A stretch of 64,000 nt of DNA, taken from NCBI RefSeq assembly GCF_009914755.1, contig NC_060928.1. One strand, written 5' to 3'. The translations under genes were made by a program, and so were the position numbers. Below the pieces are notes generated by a model, which saw only the letters and a list, made by a program, of their open reading frames with translations, was not told the DNA's origin and did not search any database. Shown here one piece after another: positions 1 through 12,261 of the stretch. Source of the DNA: the human T2T-CHM13v2.0 reference genome, Homo sapiens. Position 1 is the stretch's first letter; every line of letters starts with the position of its first letter.

Positions 1-314
1 GAAACTCAAGACAGATGCATTCTCAGAAACATCTCTGTGATGTTTGCATTCCACTCATAGAGTTGAAAACTTCCTTTCATAGAGCAGGTTTGAAACACTC
101 TTTTTGTAATATTTGGAAGTGGACATTTGCAGCGCTTTGAGGCCTATGGTGAAAAAGGAAATATCTTCTCATAAAAACCAGAAACAAGCATTCTCAGAAA
201 CTTCTTTTTGATGTGTGTACTCAAGTAACAGAGTTGAACCTTCCTTTTGACACAGCAGTTTTGAAACAATCTTTTTGTAGAATCTGCAAGTGGATATTTG
301 GATAGCTTTGAGGA

Positions 315-331
315 TTTCGTTGGAAACGGGA
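315..331 (+). other. CENP-B box, intact (representative; M2). Intact cores occur in M2, M5, M8, M10, M14, M15, M17, M19 = 8 per canonical HOR
   Basis: TTTCGTTGGAAACGGGA matches the established core nTTCGnnnnAnnCGGGn. Confidence 0.95.
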
Positions 332-484
332 TATCTTCATATAAAATCTAGACAGAAGCATTCTCAGAAACTTCTTTGTGCTGTATGTCCTCAATTAACA
401 GAGTTGAACCATTGCTTGGATACAGCATTTTGGAAACATTCCTTGAGTAGAATCTGCAAGTTGATATTTAGATAGATTTGAAGA

Positions 485-501
485 TTTCGTTGGAAAAGGG
501 A
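485..501 (+). other. Degenerate CENP-B box (M3), predicted non-binding; representative
   Basis: TTTCGTTGGAAAAGGGA; core CGGG changed to AGGG. Confidence 0.85.
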
Positions 502-826
502 ATATCTCCATATAAAATCTAGAGGGAAGCATTCTCAGAAACTGCTTTGTGATGTTTCCATTCAAGTCACAGAGTTGAATATTCCCTTTTATAGAGCACG
601 TTTGAAACACTCTTTCTGCACTATCTGGAAGTGGACATTTCGAGCGCTTTGAGGCCTATGGTGAAAAAGGAAATATCTTCCCATAAAAACTAGACAGAAG
701 CATTCTCAGAAACTTGTTTGTGATGTGTGTATTCAACTAACAGAGTTGAACTTTTGTTTTTACAGAGCCGTTTTAAAACACTCTTTTTGTGGAATCAGAA
801 AGTGGATATTCGGATGGCTCTGAGGA

Positions 827-843
827 TTTCGTTGGAAGCGGGA
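827..843 (+). other. CENP-B box, intact variant (M5)
   Basis: TTTCGTTGGAAGCGGGA; all core positions retained. Confidence 0.9.
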
Positions 844-1038
844 TTACATATAAAATCTAGAGAGAAGCATTCTCAGGAACTTCTTTGTGATGTTTGCATT
901 GAAGTCACAGAATTGAACATTCACTTTGATAGAGCAGGTTTGAAACACTCATTCTGTAGTATCTGGAAGTGGACATTTCAAGCGCTTTCAGGCCTATGGT
1001 GAGAAAGGAAATATCTTCGAATAAAAACTAGACAGAAG

Positions 1039-2397
1039 CATCCTCAGAAACTTATTTGTGATGTGTGTCCTCAACTAACAGAGTTGAAACTTTGTTTTGA
1101 TACAGCATTTTGGAAACACTCTTTTTGTAGAATCTGCAGGTGGATATTTGGATAGCTTAGAGGGATTCGTTGGAAAGGGGATATCTTCATATAAAATCTA
1201 GACAGAAGCATTCTCAGAAACTTATTTGTGATGTGTGTCCTCAGCTAACAGAGTTGAACCTTGGTTTTGATACAGCATTTTGGAAACACTCCTTTTGTAG
1301 AATCTGCAGGTGGATATGTGGATAGCTCTGAAGATTTCGTTGGAAACGGGAATTTCTTCATATAAAATCAAACAGAAGCATTCTCAGAAACTTCTCAGTG
1401 ATGTTTGCATTCAGCTCATGGAGTTGAACACTTCCTTTCATAGAGCCGGTTTGAAACACTCTTTCTGCACTACCTGGAAGAGGACATTTCGAGCGCTTTG
1501 AGTCCTATGGTGAAAAAGGAAATATCTTCTCATAAAAACCAGAAAGAAGCATTCTCAGAAACTTCTTTGTGTTGTGTGTACTCAAGTAACAGTGTTGAAC
1601 CTTCCTTTTGACACAGCAGTTTTGAAACACTCTTTTTGTAGAATCTGCAAGTGGATATTTGGATAGCTTTGAGGATTTCGTTGGAAACGGGTTATCTTCA
1701 TATAAAATCCAGACAGGAGCATTCTCAGAAACTTCTTTGTGCTGCATGTCCTCAATTCACAGAGCTGAACTTTTGTTTGGATACAGCATTTTGGAAACAT
1801 TCCTTTAGTAGAATCTGCAAGTTGATATTTAGATAGCTTTGAAGATTTCGTTGGAAACGGGAATATCTTCATAGAAAATCTAGACGGAAGCATTCTCAGA
1901 AACTGCTTTGTGATGTTTGCATTCAAGTCACAGAGTTGAATATTCCCTTTTATAGAGTAGGTTTGAAACACTCTTTCGGCACTACCTGGAAGTGGATATT
2001 TCGAGCTCTTTGAGGCCTATGGTTAAAAGGAAATATCTTCCCATAAAAACTAGACAGAAGCCGTCTCAGAAACTTGTTTGTGATGTGTGTATTCAACTAA
2101 CAGAGTTGAACATTTCTGTTACAGAGCAATTTTAAAACACTCTTTTTGTGGAATCTGAAAGTGGATAATTGGATAGCTTTGTGGATTTCGTTGGAAACGG
2201 GATGACGTATAAAATCTAGAGAGAAGCATTCTCAGGAACTTCTTTCTGATGTTTGCATTCAAGTCACAGAATTGAACATTCCTTTTCATAGTGCAGGTTT
2301 GAAACACTCTTTCTGTAGTATCTGGAAGTGGACATTTCAAGCGCTTTCAGGCCTATGGTGAGAAAGGAAATATCTTCGAATAAAAACTAGACAGAAG
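1039..2397 (+). repeat. 8-mer HOR variant (1359 bp): M7,M8,M9,M14,M15,M16,M17,M18/M6 hybrid
   Basis: M7 start CATCCTCAG at 1039 and again at 2398. Monomer 2227-2397 begins as M18 (CTTTCTGATG, CATAGTGCAGG) and ends as M6 (CCTATGGTGAGAAAGG...TTCGAATAA). Confidence 0.92.
1165..1181 (+). other. Degenerate CENP-B box (M7), predicted non-binding; representative
   Basis: ATTCGTTGGAAAGGGGA; core CGGG changed to GGGG. Confidence 0.85.
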
Positions 2398-3927
2398 CAT
2401 CCTCAGAAACTTATTTGTGATGTGTGTCCTCAACTAACAGAGTTGAAACTTTGTTTTGATACAGCATTTTGGAAACACTCTTTTTGTAGAATCTGCAGGT
2501 GGATATTTGGATAGCTTAGAGGGATTCGTTGGAAAGGGGATATCTTCATATAAAATCTAGACAGAAGCATTCTCAGAAACTTATTTGTGATGTGTGTCCT
2601 CAACTAACAGAGTTGAACCTTGGTTTTGATACAGCATTTTGGAAACACTCCTTTTGTAGAATCTGCAGGTGGATATGTGGATAGCTCTGAAGATTTCGTT
2701 GGAAACGGGAATTTCTTCATATAAAATCAAACAGAAGCATTCTCAGAAACTTCTCAGTGATGTTTGCATTCAGCTCATGGAGTTGAACACTTCCTTTCAT
2801 AGAGCCGGTTTGAAACACTCTTTCTGCACTACCTGGAAGAGGACATTTCGAGCGCTTTGACTCCTATGGTGAAAAAGGAAATATCTTCTCATAAAAACCA
2901 GAAAGAAGCATTCTCAGAAACTTCTTTGTGTTGTGTGTACTCATGTAACAGTGTTGAACCTTCCTTTTGACACAGCAGTTTTGAAACACTCTTTTGGTAG
3001 AATCTGCAAGTGGATATTTGGATAGCTTTGAGGATTTCGTTGGAAACGGGTTATCTTCATATAAAATCCAGACAGGAGCATTCTCAGAAACTTCTTTGTG
3101 CTGCATGTCCTCAATTCACAGAGCTGAACCTTTGTTTGGATACAGCATTTTGGAAACATTCCTTTAGTAGAATCTGCAAGTTGATATTTAGATAGCTTTG
3201 AAGATTTCGTTGGAAACGGGAATATCTTCATAGAAAATCTAGACGGAAGCATTCTCAGAAACTGCTTTGTGATGTTTGCATTCAAGTCACAGAGTTGAAT
3301 ATTCCCTTTTATAGAGTAGGTTTGAAACACTCTTTCGGCACTACCTGGAAGTGGATATTTCGAGCTCTTTGAGGGCTATGGTTAAAAGGAAATATCTTCC
3401 CATAAAAACTAGACAGAAGCCGTCTCAGAAACTTGTTTGTGATGTGTGTATTCAACTAACAGAGTTGAACATTTCAGTTACAGAGCAATTTTAAAACACT
3501 CTTTTTGTGGAATCTGAAAGTGGATAATTGGATAGCTTTGTGGATTTCGTTGGAAACGGGATGACGTATAAAATCTAGAGAGAAGCATTCTCAGGAACTT
3601 CTTTCTGATGTTTGCATTCAAGTCACAGAATTGAACATTCCTTTTCATAGTGCAGGTTTGAAACACTCTTTCTGTAGTATCTGGAAGTGGACATTTCAAG
3701 CGCTTTCAGGCCTACGGGGAGAAAGGAAATATCTTCAAATAAAAACTAGACAGAAGGATTCTCAGAAACTTATTTGTGATGTGTGTCCTAAACGAACACA
3801 GTTGAACCTTTGTTTTGATACAGCATTTTGGAAACACTCCTTTTGTAGGATCTGCAGGTGGATATTTGGATAGATTTTAAGATTTCGTTGGAAACGGGAG
3901 TTTCTTCATAGAAACTCAAGACAGATG

Positions 3928-6478
3928 CATTCTCAGAAACATCTCTGTGATGTTTGCATTCCACTCATAGAGTTGAAAACTTCCTTTCATAGAGCAGGTT
4001 TGAAACACTCTTTTTGTAATATTTGGAAGTGGACATTTGCAGCGCTTTGAGGCCTATGGTGAAAAAGGAAATATCTTCTCATAAAAACCAGAAACAAGCA
4101 TTCTCAGAAACTTCTTTTTGATGTGTGTACTCAAGTAACAGAGTTGAACCTTCCTTTTGACACAGCAGTTTTGAAACAATCTTTTTGTAGAATCTGCAAG
4201 TGGATATTTGGATAGCTTTGAGGATTTCGTTGGAAACGGGATATCTTCATATAAAATCTAGACAGAAGCATTCTCAGAAACTTCTTTGTGCTGTATGTCC
4301 TCAATTAACAGAGTTGAACCATTGCTTGGATACAGCATTTTGGAAACATTCCTGGAGTAGAATCTGCAAGTTGATATTTAGATAGATTTGAAGATTTCGT
4401 TGGAAAAGGGAATATCTCCATATAAAATCTAGAGGGAAGCATTCTCAGAAACTGCTTTGTGATGTTTCCATTCAAGTCACAGAGTTGAATATTCCCTTTT
4501 ATAGAGCACGTTTGAAACACTCTTTCTGCACTATCTGGAAGTGGACATTTCGAGCGCTTTGAGGCCTATGGTGAAAAAGGAAATATCTTCCCATAAAAAC
4601 TAGACAGAAGCATTCTCAGAAACTTGTTTGTGATGTGTGTATTCAACTAACAGAGTTGAACTTTTGTTTTTACAGAGCCGTTTTAAAACACTCTTTTTGT
4701 GGAATCAGAAAGTGGATATTCGGATGGCTCTGAGGATTTCGTTGGAAGCGGGATTACATATAAAATCTAGAGAGAAGCATTCTCAGGAACTTCTTTGTGA
4801 TGTTTGCATTGAAGTCACAGAATTGAACATTCACTTTGATAGAGCAGGTTTGAAACACTCATTCTGTAGTATCTGGAAGTGGACATTTCAAGCGCTTTCA
4901 GGCCTATGGTGAGAAAGGAAATATCTTCGAATAAAAACTAGACAGAAGCATCCTCAGAAACTTATTTGTGATGTGTGTCCTCAACTAACAGAGTTGAACC
5001 TTTGTTTTGATACAGCATTTTGGAAACACTCTTTTTGTAGAATCTGCAGGTGGATATTTGGATAGCTTAGAGGGATTCGTTGGAAAGGGGATATCTTCAT
5101 ATAAAATCTAGACAGAAGCATTCTCAGAAACTTATTTGTGATGTGTGTCCTCAACTAACAGAGTTGAACCTTGGTTTTGATACAGCATTTTGGAAACACT
5201 CCTTTTGTAGAATCTGCAGGTGGATATGTGGATAGCTCTGAAGATTTCGTTGGAAACGGGAATTTCTTCATATAAAATCAAACAGAAGCATTCTCAGAAA
5301 CTTCTCAGTGATGTTTGCATTCAGCTCATGGAGTTGAACACTTCCTTTCATAGAGTCGGTTTGAAACACTCTTTCTGCACTACCTGGAAGAGGACATTTC
5401 GAGCGCTTTGACTCCTATGGTGAAAAAGGAAATATCTTCTCATAAAAACCAGAAAGAAGCATTCTCAGAAACTTCTTTGTGTTGTGTGTACTCATGTAAC
5501 AGTGTTGAACCTTCCTTTTGACACAGCAGTTTTGAAACACTCTTTTGGTAGAATCTGCAAGTGGATATTTGGATAGCTTTGAGGATTTCGTTGGAAACGG
5601 GTTATCTTCATATAAAATCCAGACAGGAGCATTCTCAGAAACTTCTTTGTGCTGCATGTCCTCAATTCACAGAGCTGAACCTTTGTTTGGATACAGCATT
5701 TTGGAAACATTCCTTTAGTAGAATCTGCAAGTTGATATTTAGATAGCTTTGAAGATTTCGTTGGAAACGGGAATATCTTCATAGAAAATCTAGACGGAAG
5801 CATTCTCAGAAACTGCTTTGTGATGTTTGCATTCAAGTCACAGAGTTGAATATTCCCTTTTATAGAGTAGGTTTGAAACACTCTTTCGGCACTACCTGGA
5901 AGTGGATATTTCGAGCTCTTTGAGGCCTATGGTTAAAAGGAAATATCTTCCCATAAAAACTAGACAGAAGCCGTCTCAGAAACTTGTTTGTGATGTGTGT
6001 ATTCAACTAACAGAGTTGAACATTTCTGTTACAGAGCAATTTTAAAACACTCTTTTTGTGGAATCTGAAAGTGGATAATTGGATAGCTTTGTGGATTTCG
6101 TTGGAAACGGGATGACGTATAAAATCTAGAGAGAAGCATTCTCAGGAACTTCTTTCTGATGTTTGCATTCAAGTCACAGAATTGAACATTCCTTTTCATA
6201 GTGCAGGTTTGAAACACTCTTTCTGTAGTATCTGGAAGTGGACATTTCAAGCGCTTTCAGGCCTACGGGGAGAAAGGAAATATCTTCAAATAAAAACTAG
6301 ACAGAAGGATTCTCAGAAACTTATTTGTGATGTGTGTCCTAAACGAACACAGTTGAACCTTTGTTTTGATACAGCATTTTGGAAACACTCCTTTTGTAGG
6401 ATCTGCAGGTGGATATTTGGATAGATTTTAAGATTTCGTTGGAAACGGGAGTTTCTTCATAGAAACTCAAGACAGATG
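3928..6478 (+). repeat. 15-mer HOR variant (2551 bp), lacking 4 monomers; M10/M14 hybrid at 5460
   Basis: M1 starts (GATGCATTCTC) at 3928 and 6479. M9 is followed by an M10/M14 hybrid and then M15. Confidence 0.93.
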
Positions 6479-9400
6479 CATTCTCAGAAACATCTCTGTG
6501 ATGTTTGCATTCCACTCATAGAGTTGAAAACTTCCTTTCATAGAGCAGGTTTGAAACACTCTTTTTGTAATATTTGGAAGTGGACATTTGCAGCGCTTTG
6601 AGGCCTATGGTGAAAAAGGAAATATCTTCTCATAAAAACCAGAAACAAGCATTCTCAGAAACTTCTTTTTGATGTGTGTAGTCAAGTAACAGAGTTGAAC
6701 CTTCCTTTTGACACAGCAGTTTTGAAACAATCTTTTTGTAGAATCTGCAAGTGGATATTTGGATAGCTTTGAGGATTTCGTTGGAAACGGGATATCTTCA
6801 TATAAAATCTAGACAGAAGCATTCTCAGAAACTTCTTTGTGCTGTATGTCCTCAATTAACAGAGTTGAACCATTGCTTGGATACAGCATTTTGGAAACAT
6901 TCCTGGAGTAGAATCTGCAAGTTGATATTTACATAGATTTGAAGATTTCGTTGGAAAAGGGAATATCTCCATATAAAATCTAGAGGGAAGCATTCTCAGA
7001 AACTGCTTTGTGATGTTTCCATTCAAGTCACAGAGTTGAATATTCCCTTTTATAGAGCACGTTTGAAACACTCTTTCTGCACTATCTGGAAGTGGACATT
7101 TCGAGCGCTTTGAGGCCTATGGTGAAAAAGGAAATATCTTCCCATAAAAACTAGACAGAAGCATTCTCAGAAACTTGTTTGTGATGTGTGTATTCAACTA
7201 ACAGAGTTGAACTTTTGTTTTTACAGAGCCGTTTTAAAACACTCTTTTTGTGGAATCAGAAAGTGGATATTCGGATGGCTCTGAGGATTTCGTTGGAAGC
7301 GGGATTACATATAAAATCTAGAGAAAAGCATTCTCAGGAACTTCTTTGTGATGTTTGCATTGAAGTCACAGAATTGAACATTCACTTTGATAGAGCAGGT
7401 TTGAAACACTCATTCTGTAGTATCTGGATGTGGACATTTCAAGCGCTTTCAGGCCTATGGTGAGAAAGGAAATATCTTCGAATAAAAACTAGACAGAAGC
7501 ATCCTCAGAAACTTATTTGTGATGTGTGTCCTCAACTAACAGAGTTGAAACTTTGTTTTGATACAGCATTTTGGAAACTCTCTTTTTGTAGAATCTGCAG
7601 GTGGATATTTGGATAGCTTAGAGGGATTCGTTGGAAAGGGGATATCTTCATATAAAATCTAGACAGAAGCATTCTCAGAAACTTATTTGTGATGTGTGTC
7701 CTCAACTAACAGAGTTGAACCTTGGTTTTGATACAGCATTTTGGAAACACTCCTTTTGTAGAATCTGCAGGTGGATATGTGGATAGCTCTGAAGATTTCA
7801 TTGGAAACGGGAATTTCTTCATATAAAATCAAACAGAAGCATTCTCAGAAACTTCTCAGTGATGTTTGCATTCAGCTCATGGAGTTGAACACTTCCTTTC
7901 ATAGAGCCGGTTTGAAACACTCTTTCTGCACTACCTGGAAGAGGACATTTCGAGCGCTTTGAGTCCTATGGTGAAAAGGGAAATATCTTCTCATAAAAAC
8001 CAGAAAGAAGCATTCTCAGAAACTTCTTTGTGTTGTGTGTACTCATGTAACAGTGTTGAACCATCCTTTTGACAGAGCAGTTTTGAAACACTCTTTTTGT
8101 AGAATCTGCAAGTGGATATTTGGATAGCTTTGAGGATTTCGTTGGAAACGGGATGACATATAATATCTAGAGAGAAGCATTCTCAGGAACTTCTTTGTGA
8201 TGTTTGCATTAAAGTCACAGAATTGAACATTCCCTTTCATAGAGCAGGTTTGAAACACTCTTTCTCTAGTATCTGGAAGTGGGCATTTCAAGCGCTTTCA
8301 GGCCTATGGAGAGAAAGGAAATACCTTCAAATAAAAACTAGACAGAAGCATTCTCAGAAACTTATTTGTGATGTGTGTCCTCAACTAACAGAGTTGAACC
8401 TTTGTTTTGATACAGCATTTTGGAAACACTCCTTTTGTAGAATCTGCAGGTGGATATTTGGATAGCTTTGAAGATTTCGTTGGAAACCGGAATATCTTCA
8501 TATAAAATCAAGACAGAAGCATTCTCGGAAACAGCTCTGTGATGTTTGCATTCAACTCAGTAGAGTTGAACACTTCCTTTCATAGAGCAGGTTTGAAACA
8601 CTCTTTCTGCACTACCTGGAAGCGGACATTTCGAGCGCTTTGAGGCCTATGGTGAAAAAGGAAATATCTTCTCATAAAAACCAGAAAGAAGCATTCTCAG
8701 AAACTTCTTTGTGTTGTGTGTACTCAAGTAACAGTGTTGAACCTTCCTTTTGACACAGCAGTTTTGAAACACTCTTTTGGTAGAATCTGCAAGTGGATAT
8801 TTGGATAGCTTTGAGGATTTCCTTGGAAACGGGTTGTCTTCATATAAAATCCAGACAGGAGCATTCTCAGAAACTTCTTTGTGCTGCATGTCCTCAATTC
8901 ACAGAGCTGAAACTTTGTTTAGATACAGCATTTTGGAAACATTCCTTTAGTAGAATCTGCAAGTTGATATTTAGATAGCTTTGAAGATTTCGTTGGAAAC
9001 GGGAATATCTTCATAGAAAATCTAGACGGAAGCATTCTCAGAAACTGCTTTGTGATGTTTGCATTCAAGTCACAGAGTTGAATATTCCCTTTTATAGAGT
9101 AGGTTTGAAACACTCTTTTGGCACTACCTGGAAGTGGATATTTCGAGCTCTTTGAGGCCTATGGTTAAAAGGAAATATCTTCCCATAAAAACTAGACAGA
9201 AGCCATCTCAGAAACTTGTTTGTGATGTGTGTATTCAACTAACAGAGTTGAACATTTCTGTTACAGAGCAATTTTAAAACACTCTTTTTGTGGAATCTGA
9301 AAGTGGATAATTGGATAGCTTTGTGGATTTCGTTGGAAACGGGATGACGTATAAAATCTAGAGAGAAGCATTCTCAGGAACTTCTTTCTGATGTTTGCAT

Positions 9401-9710
9401 TCAAGTCACAGAATTGAACATTCCTTTTCATAATGCAGGTTTGAAACACTCTTTCTGTAGTATCTGGAAGTGGACATTTCAAGCGTTTTCAGGCCTACGG
9501 GGAGAAAGGAAATATCTTCAAATAAAAACTAGACAGAAGGATTCTCAGAAACTTATTTGTGATGTGTGTCCTAAACGAACACAGTTGAACCTTTGTTTTG
9601 ATACAGCATTTTGGAAACACTCCTTTTGTAGGATCTGCAGGTGGATATTTGGATAGATTTTAAGATTTCGTTGGAAACGGGAGTTTCTTCATAGAAACTC
9701 AAGACAGATG
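6479..9710 (+). repeat. 19-mer HOR (3232 bp), SNV-rich haplotype with two extra broken CENP-B boxes
   Basis: M1-to-M1 spacing is 3232. Boxes read TTTCATTGG (7796) and TTTCCTTGG (8818). Confidence 0.93.
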
Positions 9711-12261
9711 CATTCTCAGAAACATCTCTGTGATGTTTGCATTCCACTCATAGAGTTGAAAACTTCCTTTCATAGAGCAGGTTTGAAACACTCTTTTTGT
9801 AATATTTGGAAGTGGACATTTGCAGCGCTTTGAGGCCTATGGTGAAAAAGGAAATATCTTCTCATAAAAACCAGAAACAAGCATTCTCAGAAACTTCTTT
9901 TTGATGTGTGTACTCAAGTAACAGAGTTGAACCTTCCTTTTGACACAGCAGTTTTGAAACAATCTTTTTGTAGAATCTGCAAGTGGATATTTGGATAGCT
10001 TTGAGGATTTCGTTGGAAACGGGATATCTTCATATAAAATCTAGACAGAAGCATTCTCAGAAACTTCTTTGTGCTGTATGTCCTCAATTAACAGAGTTGA
10101 ACCATTGCTTGGATACAGCATTTTGGAAACATTCCTGGAGTAGAATCTGCAAGTTGATATTTAGATAGATTTGAAGATTTCGTTGGAAAAGGGAATATCT
10201 CCATATAAAATCTAGAGGGAAGCATTCTCAGAAACTGCTTTGTGATGTTTCCATTCAAGTCACAGAGTTGAATATTCCCTTTTATAGAGCACGTTTGAAA
10301 CACTCTTTCTGCACTATCTGGAAGTGGACATTTCGAGCGCTTTGAGGCCTATGGTGAAAAAGGAAATATCTTCCCATAAAAACTAGACAGAAGCATTCTC
10401 AGAAACTTGTTTGTGATGTGTGTATTCAACTAACAGAGTTGAACTTTTGTTTTTACAGAGCCGTTTTAAAACACTCTTTTTGTGGAATCAGAAAGTGGAT
10501 ATTCGGATGGCTCTGAGGATTTCGTTGGAAGCGGGATTACATATAAAATCTAGAGAGAAGCATTCTCAGGAACTTCTTTGTGATGTTTGCATTGAAGTCA
10601 CAGAATTGAACATTCACTTTGATAGAGCAGGTTTGAAACACTCATTCTGTAGTATCTGGAAGTGGACATTTCAAGCGCTTTCAGGCCTATGGTGAGAAAG
10701 GAAATATCTTCGAATAAAAACTAGACAGAAGCATCCTCAGAAACTTATTTGTGATGTGTGTCCTCAACTAACAGAGTTGAACCTTTGTTTTGATACAGCA
10801 TTTTGGAAACACTCTTTTTGTAGAATCTGCAGGTGGATATTTGGATAGCTTAGAGGGATTCGTTGGAAAGGGGATATCTTCATATAAAATCTAGACAGAA
10901 GCATTCTCAGAAACTTATTTGTGATGTGTGTCCTCAACTAACAGAGTTGAACCTTGGTTTTGATACAGCATTTTGGAAACACTCCTTTTGTAGAATCTGC
11001 AGGTGGATATGTGGATAGCTCTGAAGATTTCGTTGGAAACGGGAATTTCTTCATATAAAATCAAACAGAAGCATTCTCAGAAACTTCTCAGTGATGTTTG
11101 CATTCAGCTCATGGAGTTGAACACTTCCTTTCATAGAGTCGGTTTGAAACACTCTTTCTGCACTACCTGGAAGAGGACATTTCGAGCGCTTTGACTCCTA
11201 TGGTGAAAAAGGAAATATCTTCTCATAAAAACCAGAAAGAAGCATTCTCAGAAACTTCTTTGTGTTGTGTGTACTCATGTAACAGTGTTGAACCTTCCTT
11301 TTGACACAGCAGTTTTGAAACACTCTTTTGGTAGAATCTGCAAGTGGATATTTGGATAGCTTTGAGGATTTCGTTGGAAACGGGTTATCTTCATATAAAA
11401 TCCAGACAGGAGCATTCTCAGAAACTTCTTTGTGCTGCATGTCCTCAATTCACAGAGCTGAACCTTTGTTTGGATACAGCATTTTGGAAACATTCCTTTA
11501 GTAGAATCTGCAAGTTGATATTTAGATAGCTTTGAAGATTTCGTTGGAAACGGGAATATCTTCATAGAAAATCTAGACGGAAGCATTCTCAGAAACTGCT
11601 TTGTGATGTTTGCATTCAAGTCACAGAGTTGAATATTCCCTTTTATAGAGTAGGTTTGAAACACTCTTTCGGCACTACCTGGAAGTGGATATTTCGAGCT
11701 CTTTGAGGCCTATGGTTAAAAGGAAATATCTTCCCATAAAAACTAGACAGAAGCCGTCTCAGAAACTTGTTTGTGATGTGTGTATTCAACTAACAGAGTT
11801 GAACATTTCTGTTACAGAGCAATTTTAAAACACTCTTTTTGTGGAATCTGAAAGTGGATAATTGGATAGCTTTGTGGATTTCGTTGGAAACGGGATGACG
11901 TATAAAATCTAGAGAGAAGCATTCTCAGGAACTTCTTTCTGATGTTTGCATTCAAGTCACAGAATTGAACATTCCTTTTCATAGTGCAGGTTTGAAACAC
12001 TCTTTCTGTAGTATCTGGAAGTGGACATTTCAAGCGCTTTCAGGCCTACGGGGAGAAAGGAAATATCTTCAAATAAAAACTAGACAGAAGGATTCTCAGA
12101 AACTTATTTGTGATGTGTGTCCTAAACGAACACAGTTGAACCTTTGTTTTGATACAGCATTTTGGAAACACTCCTTTTGTAGGATCTGCAGGTGGATATT
12201 TGGATAGATTTTAAGATTTCGTTGGAAACGGGAGTTTCTTCATAGAAACTCAAGACAGATG
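9711..12261 (+). repeat. 15-mer HOR variant (2551 bp), copy of 3928-6478
   Basis: Same hybrid and same private variants (AGAGTCGG, GACTCCTATGG) at +5783. Confidence 0.93.

Noticed and set aside
339-348. TATA-like ATATAAAA and AATAAA motifs repeated in many monomers
   Set aside because: These are part of the monomer consensus. Sequence alone gives no evidence of promoter or polyadenylation function, although centromeric transcription is known in general.
18-3927. Exact duplication of the window start at 61760-64000
   Set aside because: The structure is similar, but the copies differ at several sites (TCAGCTAAC ~1244, TTTTTGTAG ~1638, AACTTTTG ~1771), so this is not a recent identical copy.
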